64,000 bases of DNA from Calditrichota bacterium (GTDB lineage Bacteria > Zhuqueibacterota > Zhuqueibacteria > Thermofontimicrobiales > Thermofontimicrobiaceae), in contig JAADFU010000075.1 in assembly GCA_013152715.1 (NCBI GenBank), positions 1,804 through 65,803 of the forward strand. Reading direction: 5' to 3'. The position numbers and the translations under genes are program-made. Of this stretch, positions 37,159 to 46,501 are shown piece by piece (position 1 is the stretch's first letter; each line of letters starts with the position of its first letter). A model generated the notes under the pieces. It was given only the letters and a program-made list of their open reading frames with translations, did no database searches and was not told the DNA's origin.

Positions 37159-37172
37159 GAGCGTTCTGGTTT

Positions 37173-38420
37173 TTACCGTGATGCCTCATATTTTTTGACA
37201 ACCAGGGTTCCGTTGTGCCCGCCAAAACCGAATGAATTTGAAATAGCCACATTGACGGGTTTTTTAACTGGCACATTAGGGGTATAATTTAAATCGCACT
37301 CAGGATCCGGCGTCTCGTAATTAATCGTTGGATGAATTATGTCATTCAAAACCGAAAGAATCGCGGCAATAATCTCAACGCCTCCGGAAGCACCAAGCAA
37401 ATGTCCGACCATAGACTTGGTTGAACTGATGTGAAGAGTCCTGGCATGTTCGCCAAAAACCATCTTGATCGCCTTGGTTTCCATGATGTCGTTATAACGC
37501 GTCGAGGTACCGTGTGCGTTGATATAATCGACTTCATCCGGAGAAATCCCGGCATCTTCGAGCGCGATCTTCATCGCTTGCGCGGCTCCGGCTCCCTCAG
37601 GGTCTGGCGCAGTTACATGATAAGCGTCGGCTGTCGCGCCCGCGCCGGCTAATTCTGCGTAAATTTTCGCTCCGCGTTTCAGTGCGTGCTCTTCAGACTC
37701 CAAAATCAATATTCCCGCTCCTTCTCCGACGACAAATCCATCTCTGTTCAAATCGAACGGACGGCTTGCCTTTTGCGGGGCGTCATTTCGAGTTGACAAA
37801 GCTCTTATCGAATTAAAGCCGCCGATACAAAGATAAGTTATGGTAGATTCCGTTCCTCCGGTCACCATCACATCAGCATCGCCGTAACGGATTAATCGCA
37901 ACGCTGTATTAATGCTGTGCGCGCTGGATGCGCAAGCAGACACCGTGGAAAAATTGGGGCCTTTAAAACCAAAACGAATGCTCACATATCCCGGCGCAAT
38001 ATCAGGAATCAACATGGGGATAAAAAACGGACTGATTTTCCGAGGCCCGTGCTTCAAAAGATTAAGCGTTTCATTGTGATAAACCTGCATTCCTCCGATT
38101 CCGGTGCCCAGCACAACGCCGATGCGATTGCGGTCTTCTTTTTCCGGTTGAAGCCCGGCGTCGTCGACTGCCTGCTGGGCCGCAACCACAGCATATTGGG
38201 AAAACAAATCCATTCGCCGCACTTCTCTTTTCTCAATATATTGAAGAGGATCAAAATCTTTAACTTCAGCGGCAAATTTTGTGGTGAACTGTTCCGCATC
38301 AAAACGAGTGATATAATCCACACCGCTTTTTCCTTGCAACAACGCTTCCCAGTATTCGTTCACGGTATTACCGATAGGACTGATCGCGCCTAACCCGGTA
38401 ACGACGACTTTTCTTCTCAT
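37173..38420 (-). CDS. fabF: beta-ketoacyl-ACP synthase II
   Basis: MRRKVVVTGLGAISPIG..., active-site region VSACASSAHSI, and HGTSTRYND/GHLLGASG motifs. ATG 38420 with GAGGTG upstream is preferred; the track's GTG at 38429 lies inside that SD. Confidence 0.95.
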   Translation of the reverse strand: MRRKVVVTGLGAISPIGNTVNEYWEALLQGKSGVDYITRFDAEQFTTKFAAEVKDFDPLQYIEKREVRRMDLFSQYAVVAAQQAVDDAGLQPEKEDRNRIGVVLGTGIGGMQVYHNETLNLLKHGPRKISPFFIPMLIPDIAPGYVSIRFGFKGPNFSTVSACASSAHSINTALRLIRYGDADVMVTGGTESTITYLCIGGFNSIRALSTRNDAPQKASRPFDLNRDGFVVGEGAGILILESEEHALKRGAKIYAELAGAGATADAYHVTAPDPEGAGAAQAMKIALEDAGISPDEVDYINAHGTSTRYNDIMETKAIKMVFGEHARTLHISSTKSMVGHLLGASGGVEIIAAILSVLNDIIHPTINYETPDPECDLNYTPNVPVKKPVNVAISNSFGFGGHNGTLVVKKYEASR

Positions 38421-38764
38421 AAAAAACACCTCGGACTTTTTTTACTATCATTTTTAAAATAGAAAATTGGAAACATTTGCCACATTCGCCGCCCCGAACA
38501 TGACTCTATTGAAAGGCGAGCGTCGACGATTGATGCAAAATTTTCTCTGACAAAATCAAGAGCCGAAAAACCGCTTTTGAAAATGGCAAGCCTTCAGCGC
38601 GCGAATCAACAGGCATTTTTTTAAATTTGTAAGAGAAACGCTTTTGAACGGCATCTCTTTTCGGCGCATTTTTTGAATCAAGCAATTAATAAACCCGGCA
38701 AACACAAGAAATGGGTTAAGCTCTGACACAGCGACGCAGCGCTCAACCCATTGAAACTCGTGTA

Positions 38765-39001
38765 TTATTCAACTCCCTTTTCTTTCAGATATTCGATGGC
38801 AGAGCCGACCGTCGTGATTTTTTCGGCATCTTCATCGGGAATCTCAACCTTGAATTCGTCCTCTAACGCCATGACCAATTCAACGGTATCCAGAGAATCA
38901 GCGCCAAGATCTTCGATGAAATGAGCTTCATCTGTTACTTCGCTCGGTTCAACGCCAAGCTGCTCGACGATGATATTTTTTACTTTGTCTTCTACTGACA
39001 T
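38765..39001 (-). CDS. acpP: acyl carrier protein
   Basis: A 78-aa protein with the phosphopantetheine site [16 protein letters not shown]. Confidence 0.97.
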   Translation of the reverse strand: MSVEDKVKNIIVEQLGVEPSEVTDEAHFIEDLGADSLDTVELVMALEDEFKVEIPDEDAEKITTVGSAIEYLKEKGVE

Positions 39002-39073
39002 GTGTTGTCCTCCTGGTTTTTCTCACCAAAATTTAATTAATTAAAGCAGGTGCTTTTTTCTAAAAATATGAAT

Positions 39074-39808
39074 TTACATTACCATTCCGCCGTCAATATG
39101 AATGACCTGGCCGGTCACATAATCCGCTGCCGGAGACGCCAAAAACGCCACCACGTTCGCTACATCTTCCGGCATGCCCGGACGTTTCAACGGAATAATT
39201 TTGAGATAATTTTCCTTTACATCGTCCGACAGTGTCTTCGTCATCTCCGTTTCAATGTAGCCCGGCGCCACCGCATTGACAGTAATCCCGCGAGCAGCAA
39301 GCTCTTTGGCAACGCTTTTTGTGAATGCGATCACTCCGCCTTTGGACGCGGAATAATTCGACTGGCCGACATTTCCCATGACGCCGACGACAGAAGAAAT
39401 ATTCACGATTTTTCCGCTGCGCTGTTTCATCATAATTTTTGCGGCAGCTTTGGTGCACAGAAAAATCCCTTTGAGGTTCACCGTCATTACTGCGTCCCAA
39501 TCGTTTTCCCGCATTCGAATGAGCAGCGTGTCTTTGGTGATGCCGGCGTTGTTTACTAACACATCGATTCTGCCGAACGCTTTTGTCGTTTCCGCAAACA
39601 AATTGTCCACATCGGCGGCATTGGTCACATCTACTTTAACGCCAATGGCCTTTGTACCCAGTCCTTCAATTTCCTTGACGGTGGACTGAATCTGCTCCTC
39701 GTTGATATCGCAAATGACAATCTGGTAGCCGGATTGGGCAAATTTCTCCGCAATCGCTTTGCCAATCCCGCGCGCCGAACCGGTTATCACGGCAACTTGT
39801 TGCTCCAT
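39074..39808 (-). CDS. fabG: 3-oxoacyl-ACP reductase
   Basis: SDR motifs VTGSARGIGKAIA, NNAGIT and YSASKGG. fab cluster context. Confidence 0.95.
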   Translation of the reverse strand: MEQQVAVITGSARGIGKAIAEKFAQSGYQIVICDINEEQIQSTVKEIEGLGTKAIGVKVDVTNAADVDNLFAETTKAFGRIDVLVNNAGITKDTLLIRMRENDWDAVMTVNLKGIFLCTKAAAKIMMKQRSGKIVNISSVVGVMGNVGQSNYSASKGGVIAFTKSVAKELAARGITVNAVAPGYIETEMTKTLSDDVKENYLKIIPLKRPGMPEDVANVVAFLASPAADYVTGQVIHIDGGMVM

Positions 39809-39837
39809 TTTTCCTCCCGTATTTGAAGCACTGCCGC

Positions 39838-40761
39838 CTACGGCAGCAATGCGTTTATCTCTCCAACTGTGCCCATTGTTTTAATATTTGCCCGCCGATT
39901 TATTCGTTTCATCAAGCCGGTGAGCACTTTTCCCGGTCCCACTTCAAAAAAGGAATCCGCGCCGTCAGCGACCATGCGCTCGACAGTTTCCGCCCATCTC
40001 ACTGGCGAAGTAAGCTGTTGAATCAGCAGAGGCAAAATTTCATCAGCCTTTCGATGGGCGTTAGCGCTCACATTTGCGTAAACGTCGATTTCGGCGTCAA
40101 CAAAAGGCAATTGCGCCAAAAATTTCTGCAACTCTTCCTGCGCCGGCGCCATTAACGGTGAATGAAACGCGCCGCTCACGACCAGCGGCACAACTTTCAT
40201 CGCCTTTTTCTCCTTCGCCAGTTCCATCGCTTTGGACACCCCGGCGACGCTTCCGGAAATAACAATTTGACTCGGAGAATTGAAATTCGCCGGCTGCACA
40301 ACGCCTGCCCCGGATGCTCCCAGACAAACTTCTTCCACATCTTCCGCCGACAAACCGACAATCGCCGCCATTGTTCCTGGCTGATTTTCACCAGCGACCT
40401 GCATCAACTCGCCGCGTTTTTTGACAGCGCGCAGACCGTCCTCAAATGGAAGGACTTTTGCCGCTACGAGCGCAGAATACTCTCCGAGACTATGTCCCGC
40501 TGCCATGTCCGGCTGCAAACCTCTTTCCGCCAAGATTTTCACCACGATGTAGCTGTGGATAAAAATCGCCGGTTGAGTGATGCGGGTCTGTTTTAGTTCT
40601 TCCTCGGGACCTTCAAAACAAATTTTTGTAATATCAAAACCGAGAATTTCGTTCGCATGTTGAAAAATTTCCCTGGCCTGTGGAAATTCATCGTACAAAT
40701 CTCTCGCCATGCCCACAAATTGAGAAGCCTGACCGGGAAATAAAAATGCCCTTTTTGCCAT
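39838..40761 (-). CDS. fabD: malonyl-CoA:ACP transacylase
   Basis: FLFPGQASQFVGM..., active-site GHSLGEYSA, and the SGAFHSPLM region. Confidence 0.95.
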   Translation of the reverse strand: MAKRAFLFPGQASQFVGMARDLYDEFPQAREIFQHANEILGFDITKICFEGPEEELKQTRITQPAIFIHSYIVVKILAERGLQPDMAAGHSLGEYSALVAAKVLPFEDGLRAVKKRGELMQVAGENQPGTMAAIVGLSAEDVEEVCLGASGAGVVQPANFNSPSQIVISGSVAGVSKAMELAKEKKAMKVVPLVVSGAFHSPLMAPAQEELQKFLAQLPFVDAEIDVYANVSANAHRKADEILPLLIQQLTSPVRWAETVERMVADGADSFFEVGPGKVLTGLMKRINRRANIKTMGTVGEINALLP

Positions 40762-40821
40762 AAATTTAATTCCGTTCCCACAAAATAGTGCCGCGACGCG
40801 TGCGCTTCACACAGAATTTTT

Positions 40822-41859
40822 TTATTTCATTTTTTCTTTTTCCGCCCAGACCTTGCGGATTCTTTTGACCGCTTTCCGATATTTTCTATTTTCCGGCGCC
40901 AGAAGTCCGGCTTTCAAATAATACATTTCCGCTAATTTGTAATCGCCCACCGCCTCTTGCGCCAAACCGATATCGAAATAGACGCTGGCATTGTTCGGGT
41001 ATTTCTCCTCAGCGCGATTCAAAATTTTCAGCGTTCGAGTCCAATCGTTTTGACGGGCGAAAACAATGCTGCTGTCCAATTCCGCGATCCCGCCTTCCGG
41101 CTGACGTTTCACAAATTCGATCCGCGGACCTATTTCTTGCACAAACTCGCGGATAACTTTTTCCATCAGCATTTGCTTGATGTCGTTTTCCGAGCGAAAT
41201 TTCTGTGATCGGTCGCCTTCAACAATATCTTCGATGTAGTGTTCTTCTTTATCCCAGGAGCCGATAATTCGCCCGACTTGAAAATCCACCAGCCGAAATA
41301 CCGCTTCGGCTTTGGCGTCGCGCAATTGGAACTTTTGTTCGATGAATTTGACTTTCAATTTTTTCTTTTTCACTTGTGCGCCGGTGGAATCCTGTTCCAT
41401 CACAATCTCGCCAAACTCATCGCGCTCGTACTCGCCGGTCCAGACTAATTTTTCAACTTTTTCCGAACCCAGCGCGAGATAATTAATATCAAGGTCTTTC
41501 AATTCACAGAACAAAATTCCGTCAGCCTGCAGCCAGGAAGCCACTTCGCTCAAACGCAGCGAGTCAGCCGCAGCGATATCATCGTACGTCACGCCGTGCC
41601 GGAGCAGGGCTTTTCGCACATCAGCGTCCCGCAGAATTGTGTAAAAGCCGCTCTTTTCCAACTCTGCGACTAATTTTTCCTCAAATTGCGACGCTTGTCT
41701 GATGCCAGTCACTGGCGCCACGACCAGCCGTTTTATTCCGGCAAAAGCAATCTGCCCCGGTCGTGTGAATTGTAATTTTATCCCGGAAGCGCACGCACCG
41801 ATCAAAATCATCAAAATAACAATCAACAAAATCTGCCGTGCAGAAGCTCCCTTTGACAT
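40822..41859 (-). CDS. hypothetical lipoprotein with C-terminal TPR-like repeats, embedded in the fab cluster
   Basis: Lipobox-like leader LMILIGACASG. The central region is not recognised. The C-terminus NDWTRTLKILNRAEEKYPNNASVYFDIGLAQEAVGDYKLAEMYYLKAGLLAPEN looks like two TPR motifs. Confidence 0.6.
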   Translation of the reverse strand: MSKGASARQILLIVILMILIGACASGIKLQFTRPGQIAFAGIKRLVVAPVTGIRQASQFEEKLVAELEKSGFYTILRDADVRKALLRHGVTYDDIAAADSLRLSEVASWLQADGILFCELKDLDINYLALGSEKVEKLVWTGEYERDEFGEIVMEQDSTGAQVKKKKLKVKFIEQKFQLRDAKAEAVFRLVDFQVGRIIGSWDKEEHYIEDIVEGDRSQKFRSENDIKQMLMEKVIREFVQEIGPRIEFVKRQPEGGIAELDSSIVFARQNDWTRTLKILNRAEEKYPNNASVYFDIGLAQEAVGDYKLAEMYYLKAGLLAPENRKYRKAVKRIRKVWAEKEKMK

Positions 41860-42015
41860 GAAAAATATTTCCCTGATAAATTAAAAAGCTGATAAATTTC
41901 CTGTCCTTGTCAAAAATTCGCACCGATTCAGAGCGAACAATGAGACCTGAATTTAAACAGGCTGTCCCCTCCGAAAAGTCACCCTGGCTTGGCAGCAAAT
42001 TTTTTCCCCAAAAAA

Positions 42016-43062
42016 TTAGTATTTCAACAAAACTGCTCCGATAGTAAAACCGCCGCCGAAGCTGACAAGCAAGCAATAATCGCCATGTTTGAGCTTTCCT
42101 TCCTCAATGGCCTCGGTCAAGGCAATGGGAATTGACGCCGCTGAGGTATTGCCATATTTTTGAATATTCACGTACACTTGCTCCATTGGCAATTTTATTC
42201 GCCGGGCTGTCGCCTGAATGATGCGATCGTTCGCCTGGTGCGGTATCATTAAAGCCAAATCTTTCGATGAAACGCCGGTTTCTTCCAGGACCTTCACTGC
42301 GGCGTCGCCCATGGCTTTCACTGCATATTTGAAAACATCCTGGCCTTCCATTTTAATATAATGAAGACGTTGATCCACTGATTCGTGAGACGTCGGAATG
42401 CGACTTCCGCCGCCAGGCAAAATCAATAAATCTGTCAGCCGCCCATCGCTGCTGATAAATGTCTTTATAATTCCTCTTGTTCCGTCTGAAGGTTGGACGA
42501 CTGCCGCTCCGGCGCCGTCGCCGAAAAGGACACACGTCGAGCGATCCGTCCAATCCGTAATTTTACTCAGCGTCTCTGCTCCGATGACTAAAATATTTTT
42601 GTACAGTCCGCTGCGAATAAAGCTATCCGCAACCGTTAATCCGTACAAAAAACCGGAACATGCCGCGCTGATATCAAACGCTGCCGCATTTGTCGCACCG
42701 AGATTTTTTTGCACGTAACAAGCCGCCGAGGGAAATATCGTATCCGGCGTCACTGTGGCGATAATAATGACGTCAATATCTTTTGCCGATAGCCCGGCAT
42801 CTTTAAGAGCCATTTCCGCCGCTTCTGTGCACAGATCCGACGTCGCCGTATTTTCATCGGCAATGTGCCTCTCGACCATTCCGGTGCGCGTCCGAATCCA
42901 TTCATCGGTGGTATCTACCATTTTCTCAAGATCAAAATTTGTAAGAACTTTCTCGGGTACCGCCATACCCATGCCGGTAATCATTGCACCAAGTTTTTCA
43001 TCCACTTTCGCTTCCGTCTCCTTAATGTTGGTTCGCTTGACGAGAAAGCGTTTTAATTTCAA
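42016..43062 (-). CDS. fabH: beta-ketoacyl-ACP synthase III
   Basis: FabH motifs (TDEWIRTRTGMVERHI, AACSGFLYGL, HQANDRII, GNTSAASIPIAL). The start is uncertain: the track's TTG at 43062 adds about 26 atypical residues, and ATG 42984 (MITGMGMAVPEK) gives the usual N-terminus. Confidence 0.9.
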   Translation of the reverse strand: MKLKRFLVKRTNIKETEAKVDEKLGAMITGMGMAVPEKVLTNFDLEKMVDTTDEWIRTRTGMVERHIADENTATSDLCTEAAEMALKDAGLSAKDIDVIIIATVTPDTIFPSAACYVQKNLGATNAAAFDISAACSGFLYGLTVADSFIRSGLYKNILVIGAETLSKITDWTDRSTCVLFGDGAGAAVVQPSDGTRGIIKTFISSDGRLTDLLILPGGGSRIPTSHESVDQRLHYIKMEGQDVFKYAVKAMGDAAVKVLEETGVSSKDLALMIPHQANDRIIQATARRIKLPMEQVYVNIQKYGNTSAASIPIALTEAIEEGKLKHGDYCLLVSFGGGFTIGAVLLKY

Positions 43063-43077
43063 CCGCTATTCACTCGC

Positions 43078-44079
43078 CTATTTATTAATAGCTTCTAATT
43101 CCGCTTCGATCGCCCCATTGACATTTTCGTTGACCATTTTTTCCGCCTCAAAAATTGCATTGGTCACCGCCTTGGGAGATGAGCCTCCGTGCCCAATAAT
43201 GACCACGCCATTAACGCCAAGCAATGGCACGCCGCCATATTCGGCATAATCGAATGTTTTTTTTAACCGCCGAAAAGCCGGCCGCAATAAATACGCGCCA
43301 AATTTGTATTGCAGCCTTTTTCCGATTCGCCCCCGTAAGCTTCGCGTATAAACCGAACTGATCGATTCGGCGAATTTCAGAATAATATTTCCGACAAATC
43401 CGTCGCATACCACCACATCGACCGTCTCGCTTAAAATAGACCGACCTTCGACATTGCCAATGAAGTTAAACGGCGCGTCTAAAAATAGTTGGTACGTTTT
43501 CTGAACATGATCCGAGCCTTTGCTGGATTCTTCGCCGATGTTCAGCAGGCCGACACGCGGATTTTCAACGCTAAAAAGTTTTTTAACAAAGATACTCCCC
43601 ATGACGCCAAATTGCATGAGTTGCTGCGGCTTGGAATCCACATTCGTCCCCACATCGATGAGAAAATTCCTTCCCTTGCCAGTGGGTAAAATCGAACCGA
43701 TCGCCGGACGCAAAACGCCGCGAATTTTTTTTAACTTCATGAGCGCTGCGCCCAAAACAGCGCCCGTGTTGCCGGCGCTGACAACGGCAGCGACTTCGCC
43801 TTTTTTGTGTAATTCCATAGCGACGCTGATTGAACTGTCGCGTTTTCTGCGAAGCGCATGAGCCGGCGAGTCCTTCATTTCGATGACCTGGGACGCGTGA
43901 TGAATCGAAATGGGCAACTCTTGCGTGCGAAAATGAAGAGACAACTCACGCTTTACTGCCTCCTCATCCCCAACAAGCACGATCTCCAGATTTCTGTCTG
44001 TTCTGGCGGCTGAAATCGCGCCCGTCACAACGGCGCGCGGAGCAAAATCACCGCCCATAGCGTCAACTGCAATCTTCAT
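43078..44079 (-). CDS. plsX: phosphate acyltransferase PlsX
   Basis: MKIAVDAMGGDFAPRAVV..., VSAGNTGA, and the GGSSPKA-type C-terminal region. Conserved rpmF-plsX-fabH order. Confidence 0.95.
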   Translation of the reverse strand: MKIAVDAMGGDFAPRAVVTGAISAARTDRNLEIVLVGDEEAVKRELSLHFRTQELPISIHHASQVIEMKDSPAHALRRKRDSSISVAMELHKKGEVAAVVSAGNTGAVLGAALMKLKKIRGVLRPAIGSILPTGKGRNFLIDVGTNVDSKPQQLMQFGVMGSIFVKKLFSVENPRVGLLNIGEESSKGSDHVQKTYQLFLDAPFNFIGNVEGRSILSETVDVVVCDGFVGNIILKFAESISSVYTRSLRGRIGKRLQYKFGAYLLRPAFRRLKKTFDYAEYGGVPLLGVNGVVIIGHGGSSPKAVTNAIFEAEKMVNENVNGAIEAELEAINK

Positions 44080-44102
44080 CTTTTCTGGTTTTCCTCGCTA
44101 AG

Positions 44103-44285
44103 CTATGCTTCTTTAGGCACAAAGACCATTCGTCCGTTATAATAGCCGCAATTGGGGCAAGCGCGATGCGGTAATTTCGGCTGCGCGCAGTTCGGACAAT
44201 CGACGACATTCATCGCCGTTAATTTCCAATGCGTGCGTCGTTTATCTCGTCTTGATTGAGAGTGTCTTCTCTTAGGTAATGCCAT
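44103..44285 (-). CDS. rpmF: 50S ribosomal protein L32
   Basis: MALPKRRHSQSRRDKRRTHWKL...CPNCAQPKLPHRACPNCGYY. Confidence 0.95.
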   Translation of the reverse strand: MALPKRRHSQSRRDKRRTHWKLTAMNVVDCPNCAQPKLPHRACPNCGYYNGRMVFVPKEA

Positions 44286-44405
44286 AATCGTTCTTCCTTC
44301 TTATTTTTTAATTGCAATCCAGAAAGCCTGGTACGGCTTTAATAATGGTAATTAAACCTTGCATTTGTTTGATTTTGATTACAGGATATAAACATAAAAC
44401 CAAAT

Positions 44406-44457
44406 CGCTCATATCGGGAATGACAAAGAGCAAAGACAGAGAAAGCCGATATGAGCG
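44406..44457. repeat. 12-bp perfect inverted repeat (28-nt loop) in the yceD-rpmF spacer
   Basis: CGCTCATATCGG (44406-44417) and CCGATATGAGCG (44446-44457) are exact reverse complements. Confidence 0.7.
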
Positions 44458-44474
44458 TTTTAATAATCTCTTAT

Positions 44475-44996
44475 TTATTTGTCACTTACAAACAGTTGAC
44501 GAAGTTTTTCCCAGCGCGGATCAATAATTTTGCTTTCGCAACTGCACTGGCCAAGATTCAAATTCGCCCCGCATGTCGGACACAAACCGCGACAACTTTC
44601 TTTACAAACATGCTTCATTGGAACTTCAAGCAACAAATTTTCAATCACATCTTCGGTAATATCAATGGTATTTTCATGTGCATCAAGAACGCGGTATTCA
44701 TCGTTCTCTTCAGTGGCGCTTTCTTGTAATTTGCGCACAACATAAAACCGAAACGAACTTTCCAATATTTGATCAAATTTTTCCAAACAACGATCACAGA
44801 CGTAGCGCGCCTTTGTTTTCACATGAGACTTCACGTCAAAATGTTCGGAAATTTTATATATTTCTGTATCAACAAAAATCGCATGAGGGAATAAAGCCAT
44901 TTTTTCTTCATCTTCATCATAGCCGAGCTCCGTCATCGAGGTCTTAAAATGAACCTCATTCATTCCCTCTTCTAACGCATTAATCTCTATCTTCAT
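44475..44996 (-). CDS. yceD: DUF177/YceD-family protein (ribosome-associated, upstream of rpmF)
   Basis: C-terminal Cys cluster CKESCRGLCPTCGANLNLGQCSC and the conserved position upstream of rpmF-plsX. Confidence 0.75.
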   Translation of the reverse strand: MKIEINALEEGMNEVHFKTSMTELGYDEDEEKMALFPHAIFVDTEIYKISEHFDVKSHVKTKARYVCDRCLEKFDQILESSFRFYVVRKLQESATEENDEYRVLDAHENTIDITEDVIENLLLEVPMKHVCKESCRGLCPTCGANLNLGQCSCESKIIDPRWEKLRQLFVSDK

Positions 44997-45117
44997 CTAA
45001 TAATCCAAACGCTCTTAAAATTCCTTCAATTTAATAATAATTTCCTAAATTGTCAAGTCAAAAATTACTGCTTTTCAAATTTAAGAAATTTTGATGCCAA
45101 CGTCCCTCTCAGACGAA

Positions 45118-45918
45118 TCAATTTATTCCCCTGCCCAGACTTTGAAAATGTCGCTCAATCAACTCATACGAACGTCGCTGCAATTGATTTTTGCTGTCGA
45201 TTGTTTTTTGAAATTCTCTGTCGGTGATGAATTTCTGCAGTGCAATGCCGGTCGCCAGCTTGCTGTAAGCCCAGAGTAACATGCGATTGTGAAATTTTTC
45301 CAAAAAATATTTTTTTAATTTTGCAACAACCCGCTCGCCCCCCGCTTCTTTTTGTTCTAATTCAATTTCGAATAATTTTAACTTTCTTCCGCCGAGCGGA
45401 AAAGTCATCTCGTCAATCGCCATCTCGACCAGGATTGCTTTCGGATTGCCAACGATGACAATGTTTTTCAAACGACGATCATTAAAACGCTCGTGAATGA
45501 CTTGCAGCCCCATCTGTTCAAAAAGGCGCGCCGGATTTTGCTGTTGCCAATTCAAGGCATCAACAGGAGCAACAATTTTTCTTTCGCGAAAAAATTGGCG
45601 CACCATCTCCCCGGCCGAGTCACTCCAAGGCTGCTCCATTTCCAGACGGCGCACGCTGCCATTTTTCAGTAATTCCGGCTCTCCTTTAATAGTAATAAAA
45701 ACGGAGCTATCCAGGGCGCGGATTCTGATACCAAAATTCTGTTTTGCCAGAGCGCCATCTGCCGTATCAAAATAGACGTCATGAATTCGTCGTGTTCCCG
45801 CGTCCGCGAACGAATAATTTTCCCAGCGCTCGAGCTGGCTTATCTCCTTGGCAACGCCGCGCTGATCGTCGCCGACAATGACCAGCCGAAGTTCAATTTC
45901 CTGATTTGATGTTTCCAA
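45118..45918 (-). CDS. CYTH-like domain protein (triphosphate tunnel metalloenzyme family), C-terminal ~90 aa unknown
   Basis: N-terminal ExExK-like signature (QEIELRLVI) and the beta-rich pattern HDVYFDTADGALAKQNFGIRIR...ITIKG. The assignment is from motifs only. Confidence 0.5.
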   Translation of the reverse strand: METSNQEIELRLVIVGDDQRGVAKEISQLERWENYSFADAGTRRIHDVYFDTADGALAKQNFGIRIRALDSSVFITIKGEPELLKNGSVRRLEMEQPWSDSAGEMVRQFFRERKIVAPVDALNWQQQNPARLFEQMGLQVIHERFNDRRLKNIVIVGNPKAILVEMAIDEMTFPLGGRKLKLFEIELEQKEAGGERVVAKLKKYFLEKFHNRMLLWAYSKLATGIALQKFITDREFQKTIDSKNQLQRRSYELIERHFQSLGRGIN

Positions 45919-46501
45919 AGAAAAGCCTTCTTCGCTTACTTTTCAATTTTTTTGTCCGGAATTGTGATCCTGCTCAAAATGCGCTTTCTCTTCCAAGCAA
46001 AAAAACACTTTTCAGACGATTTTGTCTCATAAACTTTATGTAATGCATCAACGACAGATTTGTTCCGACCGTGCAAAGCCCCAATTTCATATTTGTCACA
46101 CATTCGAACATTGCAACGGACGGGGAACAACATTTTGAAATGCAATTTTTTTTAACAATTGTAATATTTCAATTCAACTCTCTATTAATTTTGGTCTTAA
46201 AAAATGCTTTACACATAACAATTTAATTCAATTGTAAATCTACCCTAAAAATCAATACTCCTTTTCCGAAGTATTTCAAAATAAAATAGCTATCTACTTA
46301 ATTACCAATCTGATATAACAAAATTAAATATTGTTTCAAAAGCCCATTTTTTTAAAACATAGGATAATTATTTGTTTTATCTATTGTTAAAAATATATTT
46401 TTCTTTTGGCACAAATTTTGTTATTTCCATAAGTATAAAAATTTCAATTACTTTAAATTTTCACCTTGGAAATAAACAGTTAGAGCTACGGGGAAACAAC
46501 T

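Noticed and set aside
38710-38752. Hairpin in the long (335-bp) acpP-fabF spacer as a terminator or attenuator
   Set aside because: There is only an 8-bp outer stem (AATGGGTT/AACCCATT) around a 27-nt poorly paired loop, and no U-tract on the minus strand. I cannot support it as a terminator. The long spacer itself remains unexplained.
46407-46421. Sigma54-like -24/-12 element TGGCAC-N5-TTGT about 85 nt upstream of the DUF11 cargo gene
   Set aside because: The -12 box deviates from consensus (TTGT instead of TTGC). The region is extremely AT-rich, so chance matches are likely. No enhancer-binding protein gene is nearby, and an alternative weak sigma70 reading (TTGGCA-17-ATAAGT) overlaps it.
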